A stretch of DNA of 64,000 bases from the NCBI GenBank assembly GCA_965203905.1, contig CBDBDQ010000005.1, positions 384,001 to 448,000 on the forward strand. The letters are read 5' to 3'. The position numbers and the translations under genes are program-made. This DNA comes from Spirochaetia bacterium (GTDB taxonomy: Bacteria; Spirochaetota; Spirochaetia; SZUA-6; Bin103). The first letter of the stretch is position 1. Each line of letters begins with the position of its first letter. Below are positions 46,821-56,997 of this stretch, piece by piece. A model generated the notes under the pieces. That model had not been told where the DNA came from. It did no database searches and saw only the letters and a program-made list of their open reading frames with translations.

Positions 46821-48842
46821 TTACTCTGCGAGATACCAGGCCGAGGCAACATGATGATACCGAGCCCATATCTTGCCGACCTGATTCCTCAACTTCTTCG
46901 AATAGACGGCGAAATTGATGCTTCCATCTTCATCCATGCCGCCGATGAGGTACAGATTGCCGATCATGATCTCGAAGATCTCGTGCTCCATCGCCTCGCG
47001 TTTGGCGGGGTCTCCTTCCGCATAGTAGGCTGCCGGAATCTCGGCCAGCCGCTTGATCTCGTCAGGCGGTTCGACACCCTCCTGGCCGTCCGAGAACAGC
47101 CATTTCCCCCAGCCCGGAGCGGGATAGTACAGCTTCTGTATGGGCACGACATTGTGCCTCGAAACAATCGGATATCCTCTCCCTCCGCCAAAGGCCTGGG
47201 CGAACATGAGGTCGTACTTGTCGGCCTCGTAGATCTTGTTTATGGTGGCTTCGTCGTAGGGCTTCAAGGTGAGGCCTATACCCAGATCACTATAGTACTG
47301 CTGGTACATTTCGGCCGACTGCATCTGGATTGGACCGACCGCCGTGTAGACCCCCATAATCAGATCCAGGGGCTTCCCGTCTGGCCGCAGACGCTTCGTT
47401 CTGCCGCTGTTCCAGGTGAGGCCGATGCCGTCGAGAAGCCGGTTGGCTTCGTCAGGATCGTACTCCAGATACGTGTCGAACAGAGGATCGGACATGCCAT
47501 ATGGCGTATTCGGCCTTACCTGGGTGGGGGTTCGAGAGCCTCTGAAGAGGACCTCATTGACCTCGTTCCTGTCGATCCCGATAGACAGCGCAATGCGGAA
47601 GTCCTTCTCCAGGAAAATCTCACGCAGAACCATGTCGGGGTGGGCAAGATTCACGAAAATGGTGTGCTGGTTGCCTACGGCACCGGGTGAAGACACCACA
47701 TTGTATCCACCCTTGCTCTCGTTCTCCTTGAGCAGCGCGAAGGTTTCTGCGGTCATTCCCAGAACTCCGCCGGTGATGTAGTCGATGTCACCCGCGATGA
47801 CACTCAGCTTCTTGCCTTCCTGATCGCCGATCAGCACACTCTCCACTTCATCGATGTAGGGAAGCTGATTGCCGGCCGTGTCGATCTTCCAGTAGTAGGG
47901 ATTGCGAAACATCCGGTTCACCGGCGCCCTGCCGTCGGTGGTCATTATCCAGGGCCGGATATGCGGCATATCCGGATTCTCGACCGTCCAGTGAGTTCGT
48001 TTGGCGGTCCACAGGCTCACCCAATCGGAAAACCCTTCTTCCTTGATGGTCGCATTGAGATCATCGTCGGTAGTGTAATCCGGATGAAACTGCTTCATGT
48101 AGTGCGCCGGCAAAAAAGGACCGGGCCGGAATATGGCGATTTGCTCGGGGAAGTAACCAAAGGGCCCGGGAAAGGTAATCTTGAGCTGGTCTTCAGCAAC
48201 CTTCTGCATGGTCCCCATGACGCCGCCGGATTTGAATTCGCGTATTCCGCCAGGCGCCAGATCCTTGTTCAGCGCCACGGCTTCATACCAGAACATGTAG
48301 TCGTCGGCGGTCATCGGCATACCGTCGCTCCACCGCATTCCCTTGCGAAGATGCCAGATGAATTCGGTGCCACCCGGCAACAGTTCACTCTCCAGCAGAA
48401 TGTTCGGCCCGAGCCTGTCGTAGTCGGGGTCGTAGGTGTACGGCATCTGCTCCATGAACTTGTTGATGGTCCGGACCACGTCGGAAGCCCCACCGTCGTG
48501 GGAGGTCCGCAGGGTGCCGCCGTACCTGCCGATCTCGTTGCGGACGATTACCAGCGGCTGCTCCGGAAGCCGCTCCTCGACGGGATCCAGCTCACCCTTG
48601 GCAACCAGCGCGGCCAGCGCCGGCGACTCGCCGAATTCGGTGATCTTGATGCCCGTCTTCTCCTCCATCTCGGTAAGCGAGGCAAACTGATAGAACTCCG
48701 GGTAAAGCCCCAGGGCCTCACCCATGTCCACACCCATGTCCACCTCTGTCGAGGCCGCCGTGCCTTCCTCCGCGGTCGCTCCCGCAAACGCAAAGGACAC
48801 GGAAATCACGAGGGACAGTAAAACCAATAGTGGTTTCCTCAT
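46821..48842 (-). CDS. ABC transporter substrate-binding protein, family 5
   Basis: Signal peptide from ATG 48842 (SD AAGGAG); paralog of 2-1423 ending YHHVASAWY. Confidence 0.93.
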   Translation of the reverse strand: MRKPLLVLLSLVISVSFAFAGATAEEGTAASTEVDMGVDMGEALGLYPEFYQFASLTEMEEKTGIKITEFGESPALAALVAKGELDPVEERLPEQPLVIVRNEIGRYGGTLRTSHDGGASDVVRTINKFMEQMPYTYDPDYDRLGPNILLESELLPGGTEFIWHLRKGMRWSDGMPMTADDYMFWYEAVALNKDLAPGGIREFKSGGVMGTMQKVAEDQLKITFPGPFGYFPEQIAIFRPGPFLPAHYMKQFHPDYTTDDDLNATIKEEGFSDWVSLWTAKRTHWTVENPDMPHIRPWIMTTDGRAPVNRMFRNPYYWKIDTAGNQLPYIDEVESVLIGDQEGKKLSVIAGDIDYITGGVLGMTAETFALLKENESKGGYNVVSSPGAVGNQHTIFVNLAHPDMVLREIFLEKDFRIALSIGIDRNEVNEVLFRGSRTPTQVRPNTPYGMSDPLFDTYLEYDPDEANRLLDGIGLTWNSGRTKRLRPDGKPLDLIMGVYTAVGPIQMQSAEMYQQYYSDLGIGLTLKPYDEATINKIYEADKYDLMFAQAFGGGRGYPIVSRHNVVPIQKLYYPAPGWGKWLFSDGQEGVEPPDEIKRLAEIPAAYYAEGDPAKREAMEHEIFEIMIGNLYLIGGMDEDGSINFAVYSKKLRNQVGKIWARYHHVASAWYLAE

Positions 48843-48918
48843 TGCACTTTTCTCCTTCGTATATGATCGAAACGAATTCTCACGAACCTGCTGTTCTCTC
48901 TCGACACCTCCTCTCAGC

Positions 48919-50037
48919 TCAAAGATCCGCATACGGATCGGCCGCATCGCGCAAGCCATCTCCCAGAAAATTGAAGGCCAGGATACTCGCCACCACGAAC
49001 AGCGCCGGCGTCAGCATCCAGGGCGCCTTGGAGAGGACCTCCACACTTTGTGCGTCCTTGAGAAGAACACCCCAGCTTATCGCGGGCGCCTGCATGCCCA
49101 GACCGATAAAGCTCAAGGCGGTCTCGGCCAGGATCATGCCCGGTACCGCCAGTGTGATCGTCGCGATTATGTGACTGATGAACGAGGGCAACAGGTGGCG
49201 AAATATTATCGCCATATCACCGCACCCGGAAATCTTCGCGGCAATGACGAAGTCCTCGGCGCGCAGTGCCAGGAATCTTCCTCTGACCACGCGCGCCAGC
49301 CCGGTCCATTCTACCAGCGAGAGGATCAACACGATCGCAAAGTAGACCCTGATCACCGGCCAGTCGTGGGGCAGCGCCGCGCTCAAGCCCATCCACAGCG
49401 GCAACGTCGGAATGGACCTGAGCGCCTCGATGAGCCGCTGGATCAAGAGATCGAGTTGTCCCCCATAATATCCCGAGACCCCTCCAATGACAACGCCGAT
49501 GAACAGACTCAGTGCGATTCCAAGCAGCCCGATAGACAGCGACACGCGACTGCCGTATACCACCCGAGAGAAGAGGTCGCGTCCTCCCCGGTCCCTTCCC
49601 AGTACCGAGAACGCTCCTTCCTTGGTGCCAAACAGATGCAGATTACCGACAAACAGGCCCCACAGACGGTAGGAGTCTCCACGCACCAGAAAATGAATTG
49701 GAAAGCGCGTCGACCGGTCCTCGGCATAGGACAATTGCCAGGTCGTCTTGTCGATACTCTTTTCCAGTTTGTAAACAAACGGTCGCAGATGGAATTTGCC
49801 TTCGTCATCTCTGAAGTGAATCCGTTGTACCGGCGCCAGCACCAGTTCCTTTTCGAAATCACGCGGATCGTTGGGCGCTACGAACTCGGCAAATATTGCT
49901 ACCAGGTAGAACACCCCGATTACCGCCAGTGACACCAGCGCCAGTCTGTGCCTGAAGAACTTCCGTGTGACGAGCTTCCACTGCGATGCGACGTAGTAGC
50001 TCTCCTCGGAGATCCTGGCGCTTCTTGCCGGTCTCAT
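48919..50037 (-). CDS. ABC transporter permease (DppC-like)
   Basis: Close paralog of 2492-3613; ATGA overlap with DppB. Confidence 0.93.
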   Translation of the reverse strand: MRPARSARISEESYYVASQWKLVTRKFFRHRLALVSLAVIGVFYLVAIFAEFVAPNDPRDFEKELVLAPVQRIHFRDDEGKFHLRPFVYKLEKSIDKTTWQLSYAEDRSTRFPIHFLVRGDSYRLWGLFVGNLHLFGTKEGAFSVLGRDRGGRDLFSRVVYGSRVSLSIGLLGIALSLFIGVVIGGVSGYYGGQLDLLIQRLIEALRSIPTLPLWMGLSAALPHDWPVIRVYFAIVLILSLVEWTGLARVVRGRFLALRAEDFVIAAKISGCGDMAIIFRHLLPSFISHIIATITLAVPGMILAETALSFIGLGMQAPAISWGVLLKDAQSVEVLSKAPWMLTPALFVVASILAFNFLGDGLRDAADPYADL

Positions 50038-51020
50038 ACGGCGCCTCGTATGCGCGGATCGCTCCAGGCGAGCAGCAGGTCCGAGAGCAGTGTCCCCAGC
50101 ACCGTCAGCGCGCTCAGAACAAACACGATGCTGCCGGCCAAGTACATGTCTTCGGTCAGCAGGGATTTGAGAAATATCGGTGCCAGCGTGGGCAGCCCCA
50201 GCACCAACGAGGTGAGCAGCTCGCCGTTGACCAGTGCCGGCAGCGTCCATCCGACCGTGCTGATGATAGGATTGGTCGCGATACGTACCGGATACTTGAA
50301 CAGCAGCTTCCTTTCGGTCAACCCCTTGGCGCGGGCGACGATGACATACTGTCGCTTCAGCTCATCCAACAGGTTGGCCCGCATGATTCTGATAAGGGCT
50401 GCAGTACCGGCGGTTCCGATGACGATAATCGGCACTATCAAGTGCTTCAGCAGATCAACGAACTTGCCCAAGCTCCAGGGCGCCGACAGGTACTCCCGCG
50501 AAAACAGACCTAGCACAGCGTTGCCGGTAATCAAGTAGAAGATCCAGATGAATACGAGCGCGAACAGGAAGTTCGGTATGGCCAGGCCGATGAATCCCAA
50601 AGAGGTGAAAACATAGTCGGCCAGCGAATACTGGTGGGTGGCGGCGAGCACGCCCACGGGAATCGCCACGGCATATACGAACAGCAGCGATATCGAGGAA
50701 ATGAGCAGACTCCACGGCAGCCGTTCGGCAATCAACGTTCCTATCGGCTTGTTCCACGCCCAGGACACGCCCAGATCCCCCCGCAGGATGTTGCGGAGCC
50801 ACTTCAGGTACTGAACCTGCACCGGCTGATCTACCCCGTAGCGGGCTCTGAGCATCATCTGGGTTTCCTCGGAAATAATCTCGCCCTCTGCCATCCAATC
50901 GGCCACGGTGGTGGTCACGAAATCTCCCGGCGGAAGATGAATAATGACGAATGATACGATCGAGATTATGAGAAGCGTCGGGAACGCAAGCAGAACGCGC
51001 CGAACTATAAAGATCAGCAT
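50034..51020 (-). CDS. ABC transporter permease (DppB-like)
   Basis: Close paralog of 1509-2495. Confidence 0.93.
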   Translation of the reverse strand: MLIFIVRRVLLAFPTLLIISIVSFVIIHLPPGDFVTTTVADWMAEGEIISEETQMMLRARYGVDQPVQVQYLKWLRNILRGDLGVSWAWNKPIGTLIAERLPWSLLISSISLLFVYAVAIPVGVLAATHQYSLADYVFTSLGFIGLAIPNFLFALVFIWIFYLITGNAVLGLFSREYLSAPWSLGKFVDLLKHLIVPIIVIGTAGTAALIRIMRANLLDELKRQYVIVARAKGLTERKLLFKYPVRIATNPIISTVGWTLPALVNGELLTSLVLGLPTLAPIFLKSLLTEDMYLAGSIVFVLSALTVLGTLLSDLLLAWSDPRIRGAV

Positions 51021-51064
51021 TCGACTGCCACCCGCATCAACCGCCTCCGGGAGCCCATCACGTC

Positions 51065-51160
51065 GTTGCCAAGCGCGCCTTGCAGCCAACGCCGGATGTG
51101 CTGGTGTGCCGTCGCCTCCAGCGTCTCCCAGCACACGCTGGACGGTGTGCTGTCCCGAAC
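51065..51160 (-). mobile_element. Possible IS256-family transposase N-terminal remnant
   Basis: STPSSVCWETLEATAHQHIRRWLQGAL resembles the N-terminal helix of some IS256 transposases; short and uncertain. Confidence 0.3.
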
Positions 51161-51308
51161 GCACCAGTCTCGCTGTCGCCGAGCTACGCCAACGTCCGGG
51201 TGCAGTCGTCTCGGCATCATCGACAATCGCGTTACTCTGGCAATCCCCACGAGGAATAGTCAAGGGCTCAAGGGGCTCGTGGGCACCTGCTCGGCGAGGG
51301 TGTCCGCT

Positions 51309-52340
51309 TCAGGTCAGGAGAAAGTCCTCGTCGCGCAGGCTGTAGCCCCTGATCTGCGCCTTGGGGGCATCGTCGACGAGGTAGTTGACGACGTAGATCT
51401 CGCCGTCCGGGAACTGCACCCAGCCCGAATAGCCCACGTCCGATACCGGACTGCGGTCGAAGTCGAGCGGCATGATCCGGGTCCAGGCGCGGTCCCGCTC
51501 CGTGGCGGCGGCGGAGGTCACGTCGGTCAACGCCGCGAAGAAGTTCTGCGTCCAGTAGCCGAACCCCGGCTTGCCACCCTGCATGAAGCGATAGGTGATC
51601 ATCACCCGGCCGCTCTGCAACAGCCCGGCGACCGGCCGGTGGCAGCCGGGCAGCGGGAACCGGTAGAGGCCCTCCCAATGTTCGCCGTCGTCGTGGGAGA
51701 CCGCCTTGTAGCAGTCGCGCCCCTCGCCCGAGTTCTCGCGCAGGAAGGCGACCAGGACGCCGTCCGGCAGCCGCAGGATCGACGCCTCGCAGAGATGCAG
51801 ACCGCGCTGCTCGGCAACGCTCACCGGACCGTGCCACGACCGCCCCCGGTCATCGGAGTACCACAACCGCTGCTGCCAGTAGTTCACGGGAGGGTTGTAG
51901 TACTGGCAGCTCACGAGCCAGCGCCCGGAGGGAAGTTCCTGCAGCTTGTCGGGAACGCAGCCCAGCGCGGGCAGCGCGTGCGGGCCGTCCCAGGTCGCGC
52001 CCTGGTCCCCCGAGAACCAGACGAACACCGGCAGCAGCTTCTCGTCGACCAGCTCCTCGGCGCAGCGGTTGGCAATGGCCACGATGCGGCCGTCGCCGAG
52101 CAGCGACAGCCGCGGCGCACCCCAGCCGTTGCCGGGAGCGCTCAGCGGATGTTTCGGAGTCCAGGTGCGTCCGCGGTCGTCGCTCTCGGTGAGCATGACG
52201 CGGGAGTAGCGGCGGTCGGTGTGGAAGGTACCTTCCCAGAATATGCAGATCAGGCGCCCCGAAGGAGTGAGCAGCAGGTCCGGCCACGCCTCGTATATGT
52301 CGTCGTCGCGACTCACGGTGAATGTTGCAACCGGCTTCAT
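51309..52340 (-). CDS. Asp-box (BNR) sialidase-like protein
   Basis: Repeated SDDRGRTW / SGDQGATW / SHDDGEHW Asp boxes; DVGYSGWVQ. Confidence 0.85.
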   Translation of the reverse strand: MKPVATFTVSRDDDIYEAWPDLLLTPSGRLICIFWEGTFHTDRRYSRVMLTESDDRGRTWTPKHPLSAPGNGWGAPRLSLLGDGRIVAIANRCAEELVDEKLLPVFVWFSGDQGATWDGPHALPALGCVPDKLQELPSGRWLVSCQYYNPPVNYWQQRLWYSDDRGRSWHGPVSVAEQRGLHLCEASILRLPDGVLVAFLRENSGEGRDCYKAVSHDDGEHWEGLYRFPLPGCHRPVAGLLQSGRVMITYRFMQGGKPGFGYWTQNFFAALTDVTSAAATERDRAWTRIMPLDFDRSPVSDVGYSGWVQFPDGEIYVVNYLVDDAPKAQIRGYSLRDEDFLLT

Positions 52341-52511
52341 CGGCGAATTCGGATACTCATCATGCCCGCTTTCCGCTGCATTGCAAAGCCGAACCGCGTC
52401 TCGCGCGTCACGCACGTCACGGCACAGCATGTGCAGGGGCCGCTCCGACACGGGCACGCACGCGGTTGACTCCCGCGCTGCGCCGGGGTTCATTAGTCGG
52501 AAGGAGGAGCC

Positions 52512-53393
52512 ATGGCGCCCAAGAAGATCGATCCCCGCATCTATGACCTGTACGACGACTACACGCACAGTCGCATCAGTCGCAGGCAGTTCCTGTCGCG
52601 CTCGGCGGCCATCACGGTCGGCGGAGTATCGGCGCTGGCGATGGCGCAGGCACTGCTGCCGCGCTACGCCGAAGCGCAGACCATCTCGTTCAACGACCAG
52701 CGCATCAAGGCGCGCTACGTCGACTACCCCTCGCCGGGTGGCACCTCCGGCGAGATGCGCGGCTACCTGGTGCAGCCGACCAACGACGGCCCGTTCCCCG
52801 CGGTATTGGTGATTCATGAGAACCGCGGCCTCAATCCCTACATCGAGGATGTCGCACGCCGCGCCGCGGTAGCCGGATTCCTGGCCCTTGCGCCGGACGG
52901 CCTGGCGCCGATCGGCGGCTATCCGGGCAACGACGACGACGGCCGCGCCATGCAGCGCTCCCTGGATCAGCAGGAGTTGCGCCAGGACATCGTCAACAGC
53001 GCCCACTACCTGAAGAACCACGAGCTGTGCACCGGCAAGCTGGGGGCGGTCGGTTTCTGCTGGGGTGGCGGCATGGTGAACGTGCTGGCGGTCAGGCTCG
53101 GCGCCGACCTCGACGCCGGCGTGCCGTTCTACGGACCCGCGCCGCCCACCGGGGAGGTGGGCAACATCCAGGCGCCGCTGCTGATCCACTACGCGGAAAC
53201 CGACAACTTCGTGAACCGGGGACGCTCCGCCTACGAGGACGCCCTCAAGGAACACGGCAAGAACTACCAGATGGTCAGCTATGCCGGCACCCGTCACGGT
53301 TTCCACAACAACTCCACGCCCCGCTACGACGAGGCAGCCGCCGACCTGGCGTGGGAACGCAGCGTCGCGTTCTTCAAGCAGCACCTCGGCTGA
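52512..53393 (+). CDS. Dienelactone hydrolase family protein (YghX-like)
   Basis: LYDDYTH..ISRRQFL, HENRGLNPYIEDV, GFCWGG, HGFHNNSTPRYD. Confidence 0.92.
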   Translation: MAPKKIDPRIYDLYDDYTHSRISRRQFLSRSAAITVGGVSALAMAQALLPRYAEAQTISFNDQRIKARYVDYPSPGGTSGEMRGYLVQPTNDGPFPAVLVIHENRGLNPYIEDVARRAAVAGFLALAPDGLAPIGGYPGNDDDGRAMQRSLDQQELRQDIVNSAHYLKNHELCTGKLGAVGFCWGGGMVNVLAVRLGADLDAGVPFYGPAPPTGEVGNIQAPLLIHYAETDNFVNRGRSAYEDALKEHGKNYQMVSYAGTRHGFHNNSTPRYDEAAADLAWERSVAFFKQHLG

Positions 53394-53398
53394 CCGCC

Positions 53399-54475
53399 GT
53401 GGATCACGTCACGATCGCTCGCAACGACGGTCTCTACGAGGCGTTCCCCGACCTCTGCCTGCTGCCGGGCGGCAAGCTGCTGTGCCTGTACCGGGAAGCG
53501 GACGTCCACGTCGCCAGCACCTCGCGGGTCGTCTTGGCCGAGAGCGAAGACCGCGGCCACACCTGGACCAACTTCCGTACCTTCGACCGGCCGCGCACCT
53601 TTGCCGAGCACCGTTCGGTGTGGAACGCTCCCCGCATCGGCCTGCTGCCCGACGGCCGGGTGGTGGCCAACTTCGACGCCTTCGTGTTCCCCGACGAGGC
53701 GGACTCCTGGAACTGGCCGCAGAGCCGCACCTGCAACCATACCTTCCTCTGGTTCAGCGAGGACCAGGGCCGCACCTGGAGCGACCCGCAACTGACCGAG
53801 GTGCAGGGCATCTGCCCGGACAAGGTACGGGTCCTCGGCGACCGCCACTGGCTGATGGTCAGCTCGCACTGGAGCATCCGCTTTCCCGGCGCCTTTCGCG
53901 TGCACGCCGCGCACTCCTTCGACGGCGGCCGCACCTGGCCGCTGAGCGCGCTGGTGGCCGAGCAGGCCGGCCTGCAGCACGACGAGCCGGCCGTGGTCCG
54001 CCTGCCCGACGGGCGCCTGCTGTGCGTCATGCGCGAGAACGTGCACATCAACCGACCGTCGCACTACGTGCTGTCCAGCGACGAGGGGCGCACCTGGTCC
54101 ACCCCGCGGCCGACTCCGTTTTTCGCCGATCGGCCCGCCGCTGGATCGCTGGCCGGCGGCCGCCTGCTGGTGACCTACCGCAACGTGGAACCGGCTCCCG
54201 ACGAGCGCACGATGCGCAGAGGGCGCAATCCCGGCACCTGGGCCTGGCTCGGCGACCTGGCCGGGCTCACCGGAGAGGGCGGTGAGTCACGCTTCCTGGA
54301 ACTGGAGCACGATTCATGCGAGAGCCCGGGCGACTACGGCTACAGCGGCTGGGTGCAGTTCGACGACGGCGAGATCTTCTGCGCGTACCATCACCGCGAC
54401 GCCGCGCCCCACTCGTACCTCCGCGGCTGCTGGTTCCGGGAGGATGACTTCACGGAGAGGCCTGCTGACGGGTGA
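53399..54475 (+). CDS. Asp-box (BNR) sialidase-like protein
   Basis: SEDRGHTW, SEDQGRTW, SFDGGRTW, SSDEGRTW; paralog of 51309-52340. Confidence 0.85.
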   Translation: MDHVTIARNDGLYEAFPDLCLLPGGKLLCLYREADVHVASTSRVVLAESEDRGHTWTNFRTFDRPRTFAEHRSVWNAPRIGLLPDGRVVANFDAFVFPDEADSWNWPQSRTCNHTFLWFSEDQGRTWSDPQLTEVQGICPDKVRVLGDRHWLMVSSHWSIRFPGAFRVHAAHSFDGGRTWPLSALVAEQAGLQHDEPAVVRLPDGRLLCVMRENVHINRPSHYVLSSDEGRTWSTPRPTPFFADRPAAGSLAGGRLLVTYRNVEPAPDERTMRRGRNPGTWAWLGDLAGLTGEGGESRFLELEHDSCESPGDYGYSGWVQFDDGEIFCAYHHRDAAPHSYLRGCWFREDDFTERPADG

Positions 54476-54490
54476 TCGCTACACCGCGGC

Positions 54491-54783
54491 TTATTCTCGG
54501 AGCAATCGTCGCAGGAGGATGTCCTCGACGTTGCGCCTGCCGTCGATGACGGCGAGTACGTACACTTGTCCCTGGTCGATCCGGTAGAACAGACGCCACG
54601 GCGCGATTACGAGCTCTCGGTAGCGGCCTATGTTGTGCCACGAGGTTGGGAGGCCAGTCTTGTGACTGCATCATCGACCCGATCCGCGAACCTGAGCGCG
54701 GCGCTCGGTGAATCCAGCCGCAACCAGTCGACGACATCCTGGATGTCGCCGAGCGCAGGCCGCGCCCAGATGATGCCGCTCAC
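54491..54783 (-). pseudogene. RelE/ParE family toxin, frameshifted
   Basis: IIWARPALGDIQD...RLASQPRG ends in a stop; HNIGRYRELVIAPWRLFYRI...VIDGRRNVEDILL lies in another frame. Confidence 0.8.
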
Positions 54784-55058
54784 GCGGTGGTCAGACGCCT
54801 CCGCAGCTCGCCCATCACCTCCTCGTGCGTCGTGACATCGTCGAGCTCAATCGACCGTTCGCTCTGCGAGATCAGCTTCAGGATGGCCAAGGCATCCACC
54901 ATCTCCTGGTAGCTGCGAGGATCGACGAGCACGCCCCGCGCCTCGCCGTTTTGAGTGATCACGATCGGCTTGTGGGTCTCGTTGATCTGACGAATAAGGG
55001 CGGCGGCGTTGCTCTTGACATGGGAAATGGGGCGAACGGCTGTTCTAATGTCTACCAT
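54780..55058 (-). CDS. Phd/YefM family antitoxin
   Basis: VRPISHVKSNAAALI...KPIVITQNGEARGVL; GTGA overlap with toxin. Confidence 0.9.
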   Translation of the reverse strand: MVDIRTAVRPISHVKSNAAALIRQINETHKPIVITQNGEARGVLVDPRSYQEMVDALAILKLISQSERSIELDDVTTHEEVMGELRRRLTTA

Positions 55059-55082
55059 CGTGACCTCGGATCCAAAAAAGGT

Positions 55083-55104
55083 GCCATGAAAAGACTGGCA
55101 TGGC
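55083..55104. promoter_or_regulatory. Possible TA autoregulatory operator
   Basis: GCCATG-10 nt-CATGGC inverted repeat just upstream of antitoxin. Confidence 0.35.
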
Positions 55105-55153
55105 AACCGTTCCTACAGCCCTACAGCCGCGCTGAAGACAGTCGCGTTCCCGC

Positions 55154-56200
55154 TCAGCTCACCGTCACGCCGACCAGCGCTCCAGCCTCGACGACCGTCT
55201 GCCAGACGTCGTCCTCGATCGGGATGCCGTCGCGGCGGCGGGCGGCGCGGGTGCGCGCCTCGGGGTCGCCCGGAACCAGCACCTCGGCGAATCCCGGCGC
55301 CGGCGGTACCGCACGGATGCGCTCGGCGAACCCTGCCGAACCCGTCTCGAACTGGTCCAGGGGCTGAAACAGGTCGGCCTTGATGGCGATCATCGTGGCT
55401 CCCTCGTGGCGCACGATCCCGCCGCGGCCCGGGTCGGCGAAGGCGTCGGCGCCGGCGAAGATCCGGCCCAGGTATTCCACCATCAGCATGATGGCGTAGC
55501 CCTTGTGGCCGCCGAACGGCGCGTGACCGCCGCCGGCGAAGAACTCGCGCGGATCGTCGGTCGGGCTGCCGTGCCGGTCGACGATGTAGCCGTGCTCCAG
55601 CTTCTGCCCGCGTCGCTCGGCATTGGTCACCTTGACCCCGGCGGTGGCCGAGGTGGCGAAGTCGAACATCAACGGATGGTCGGCCACGCCGGTGGGAAAG
55701 GCCACCGCCAGCGGATTGGTGTGCAGCAGCTTCTCGGCGCCGCCGTAGGGCACCGCCGCGGGATCCGCCACGCCCTGGCCGGCGGCGAGCGCCAGGCCGA
55801 TCATGCCCCGCTCGGCGGCCATCTCCACGTAGTGCCCCAGGCGGCCGATGTGATGCTTCTGCACCACGGAGGTCACCGCCATGCCGTGCTCCGCGGCCTT
55901 GGCAATCGCCGCCTCCATGGCGTAGGCGCCGACCGGGTGACCGAAGCCCCAGTTGCCGCTGATCAGCGCACTGCCCGGAGTTTCCTGCAGAATCTCGGGG
56001 TGCGCGGCGGGCACGATCGAACCCTCCTGCACCTCCTCCACGTAGCGGCACAGGTGCCACACGCCGTGGGAGTCCACACCGCTCAGGTTGGCGCGCACCA
56101 GGTGGGCGGCGACAGCGTCGGCGTTGTCCTGGTCGGCGCCCACCGCCAGCAGCACGCGCCGCACCAAGGCGTACAGATCGCCTTCAGCCTTATAGACCAT
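55154..56200 (-). CDS. Ldh_2 family (type 2 malate/L-lactate) oxidoreductase
   Basis: GVDSHG, HIGRLGHY, TNPL, FDFATS, GGHKGY. Confidence 0.92.
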   Translation of the reverse strand: MVYKAEGDLYALVRRVLLAVGADQDNADAVAAHLVRANLSGVDSHGVWHLCRYVEEVQEGSIVPAAHPEILQETPGSALISGNWGFGHPVGAYAMEAAIAKAAEHGMAVTSVVQKHHIGRLGHYVEMAAERGMIGLALAAGQGVADPAAVPYGGAEKLLHTNPLAVAFPTGVADHPLMFDFATSATAGVKVTNAERRGQKLEHGYIVDRHGSPTDDPREFFAGGGHAPFGGHKGYAIMLMVEYLGRIFAGADAFADPGRGGIVRHEGATMIAIKADLFQPLDQFETGSAGFAERIRAVPPAPGFAEVLVPGDPEARTRAARRRDGIPIEDDVWQTVVEAGALVGVTVS

Positions 56201-56206
56201 GCCAGC

Positions 56207-56950
56207 CTACCCCGCCGCCTCGGCGTGGCCGGTAACCCAATCGACGAACTTCCGGCGCATGATCGGCGAAAAGGCGTGCCCCACCTCCGGGTCCACGAAG
56301 TGCTCGGCCTGCCCGCCGCGGGCATTGATCAGCCGCACCGTCTCCGCGTTGGTGGCCGCCGGGCAGTCGGTGTCGAGACCGCCGTCGATGAACAGCACCG
56401 GCCGGTGGATGAACCGGTCCGGATGCGACTGGGTGGCATATTCCGCGCACCAGTCGTCGCACCAGGTACCCTGCTGCGCCTGGCGGCACCACTCGTCGGC
56501 CTGGAAGAAGCTGGAACGCCCGACCACCGACACCATCGACACGTACGCCTGGTTCTCGGCGAACACCATCTGCGCGATCAGGCCGCCCATCGAGGTGCCG
56601 GTCACCTGCGGCTGCCGGGCTGAGCTGAAGGGCAGGGCCATGGCCGCCTCCAGCAGCCCCGCCGCCTCCCGGCGGGTCCGGTCCATGGCCTGACACACGA
56701 AGGCCCAGCCGTTGAACCGGGCGCGAAACCAGGCATCGGTCCTGCGCTCGCCGTGCTCGTGGCAGTCGGGGGCCACGATCAGGAAGCCGGCCGACGCCAG
56801 TTGCACGAGGGACTGGTCCGGGCTCTCGACCGTCCCCTTGCTGCCGGTCCAGCCATGGTAGTGCACCACCACGGGAGCCGCGCCCAGGCGCGTGTCGCGC
56901 AGCACGATGCAGGGAATCCCCGCAATCTCTTGTCTCGCGATCTCGATCAT
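56207..56950 (-). CDS. Alpha/beta hydrolase (YjfP-like esterase)
   Basis: YHGWT, PDCHEHGER, GTSMGG, D and GH catalytic residues. Confidence 0.85.
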   Translation of the reverse strand: MIEIARQEIAGIPCIVLRDTRLGAAPVVVHYHGWTGSKGTVESPDQSLVQLASAGFLIVAPDCHEHGERRTDAWFRARFNGWAFVCQAMDRTRREAAGLLEAAMALPFSSARQPQVTGTSMGGLIAQMVFAENQAYVSMVSVVGRSSFFQADEWCRQAQQGTWCDDWCAEYATQSHPDRFIHRPVLFIDGGLDTDCPAATNAETVRLINARGGQAEHFVDPEVGHAFSPIMRRKFVDWVTGHAEAAG

Positions 56951-56997
56951 CGCCTGGCAGACTGGCACAACCGCCAGTGACCGTCTACCTTTGCGGG

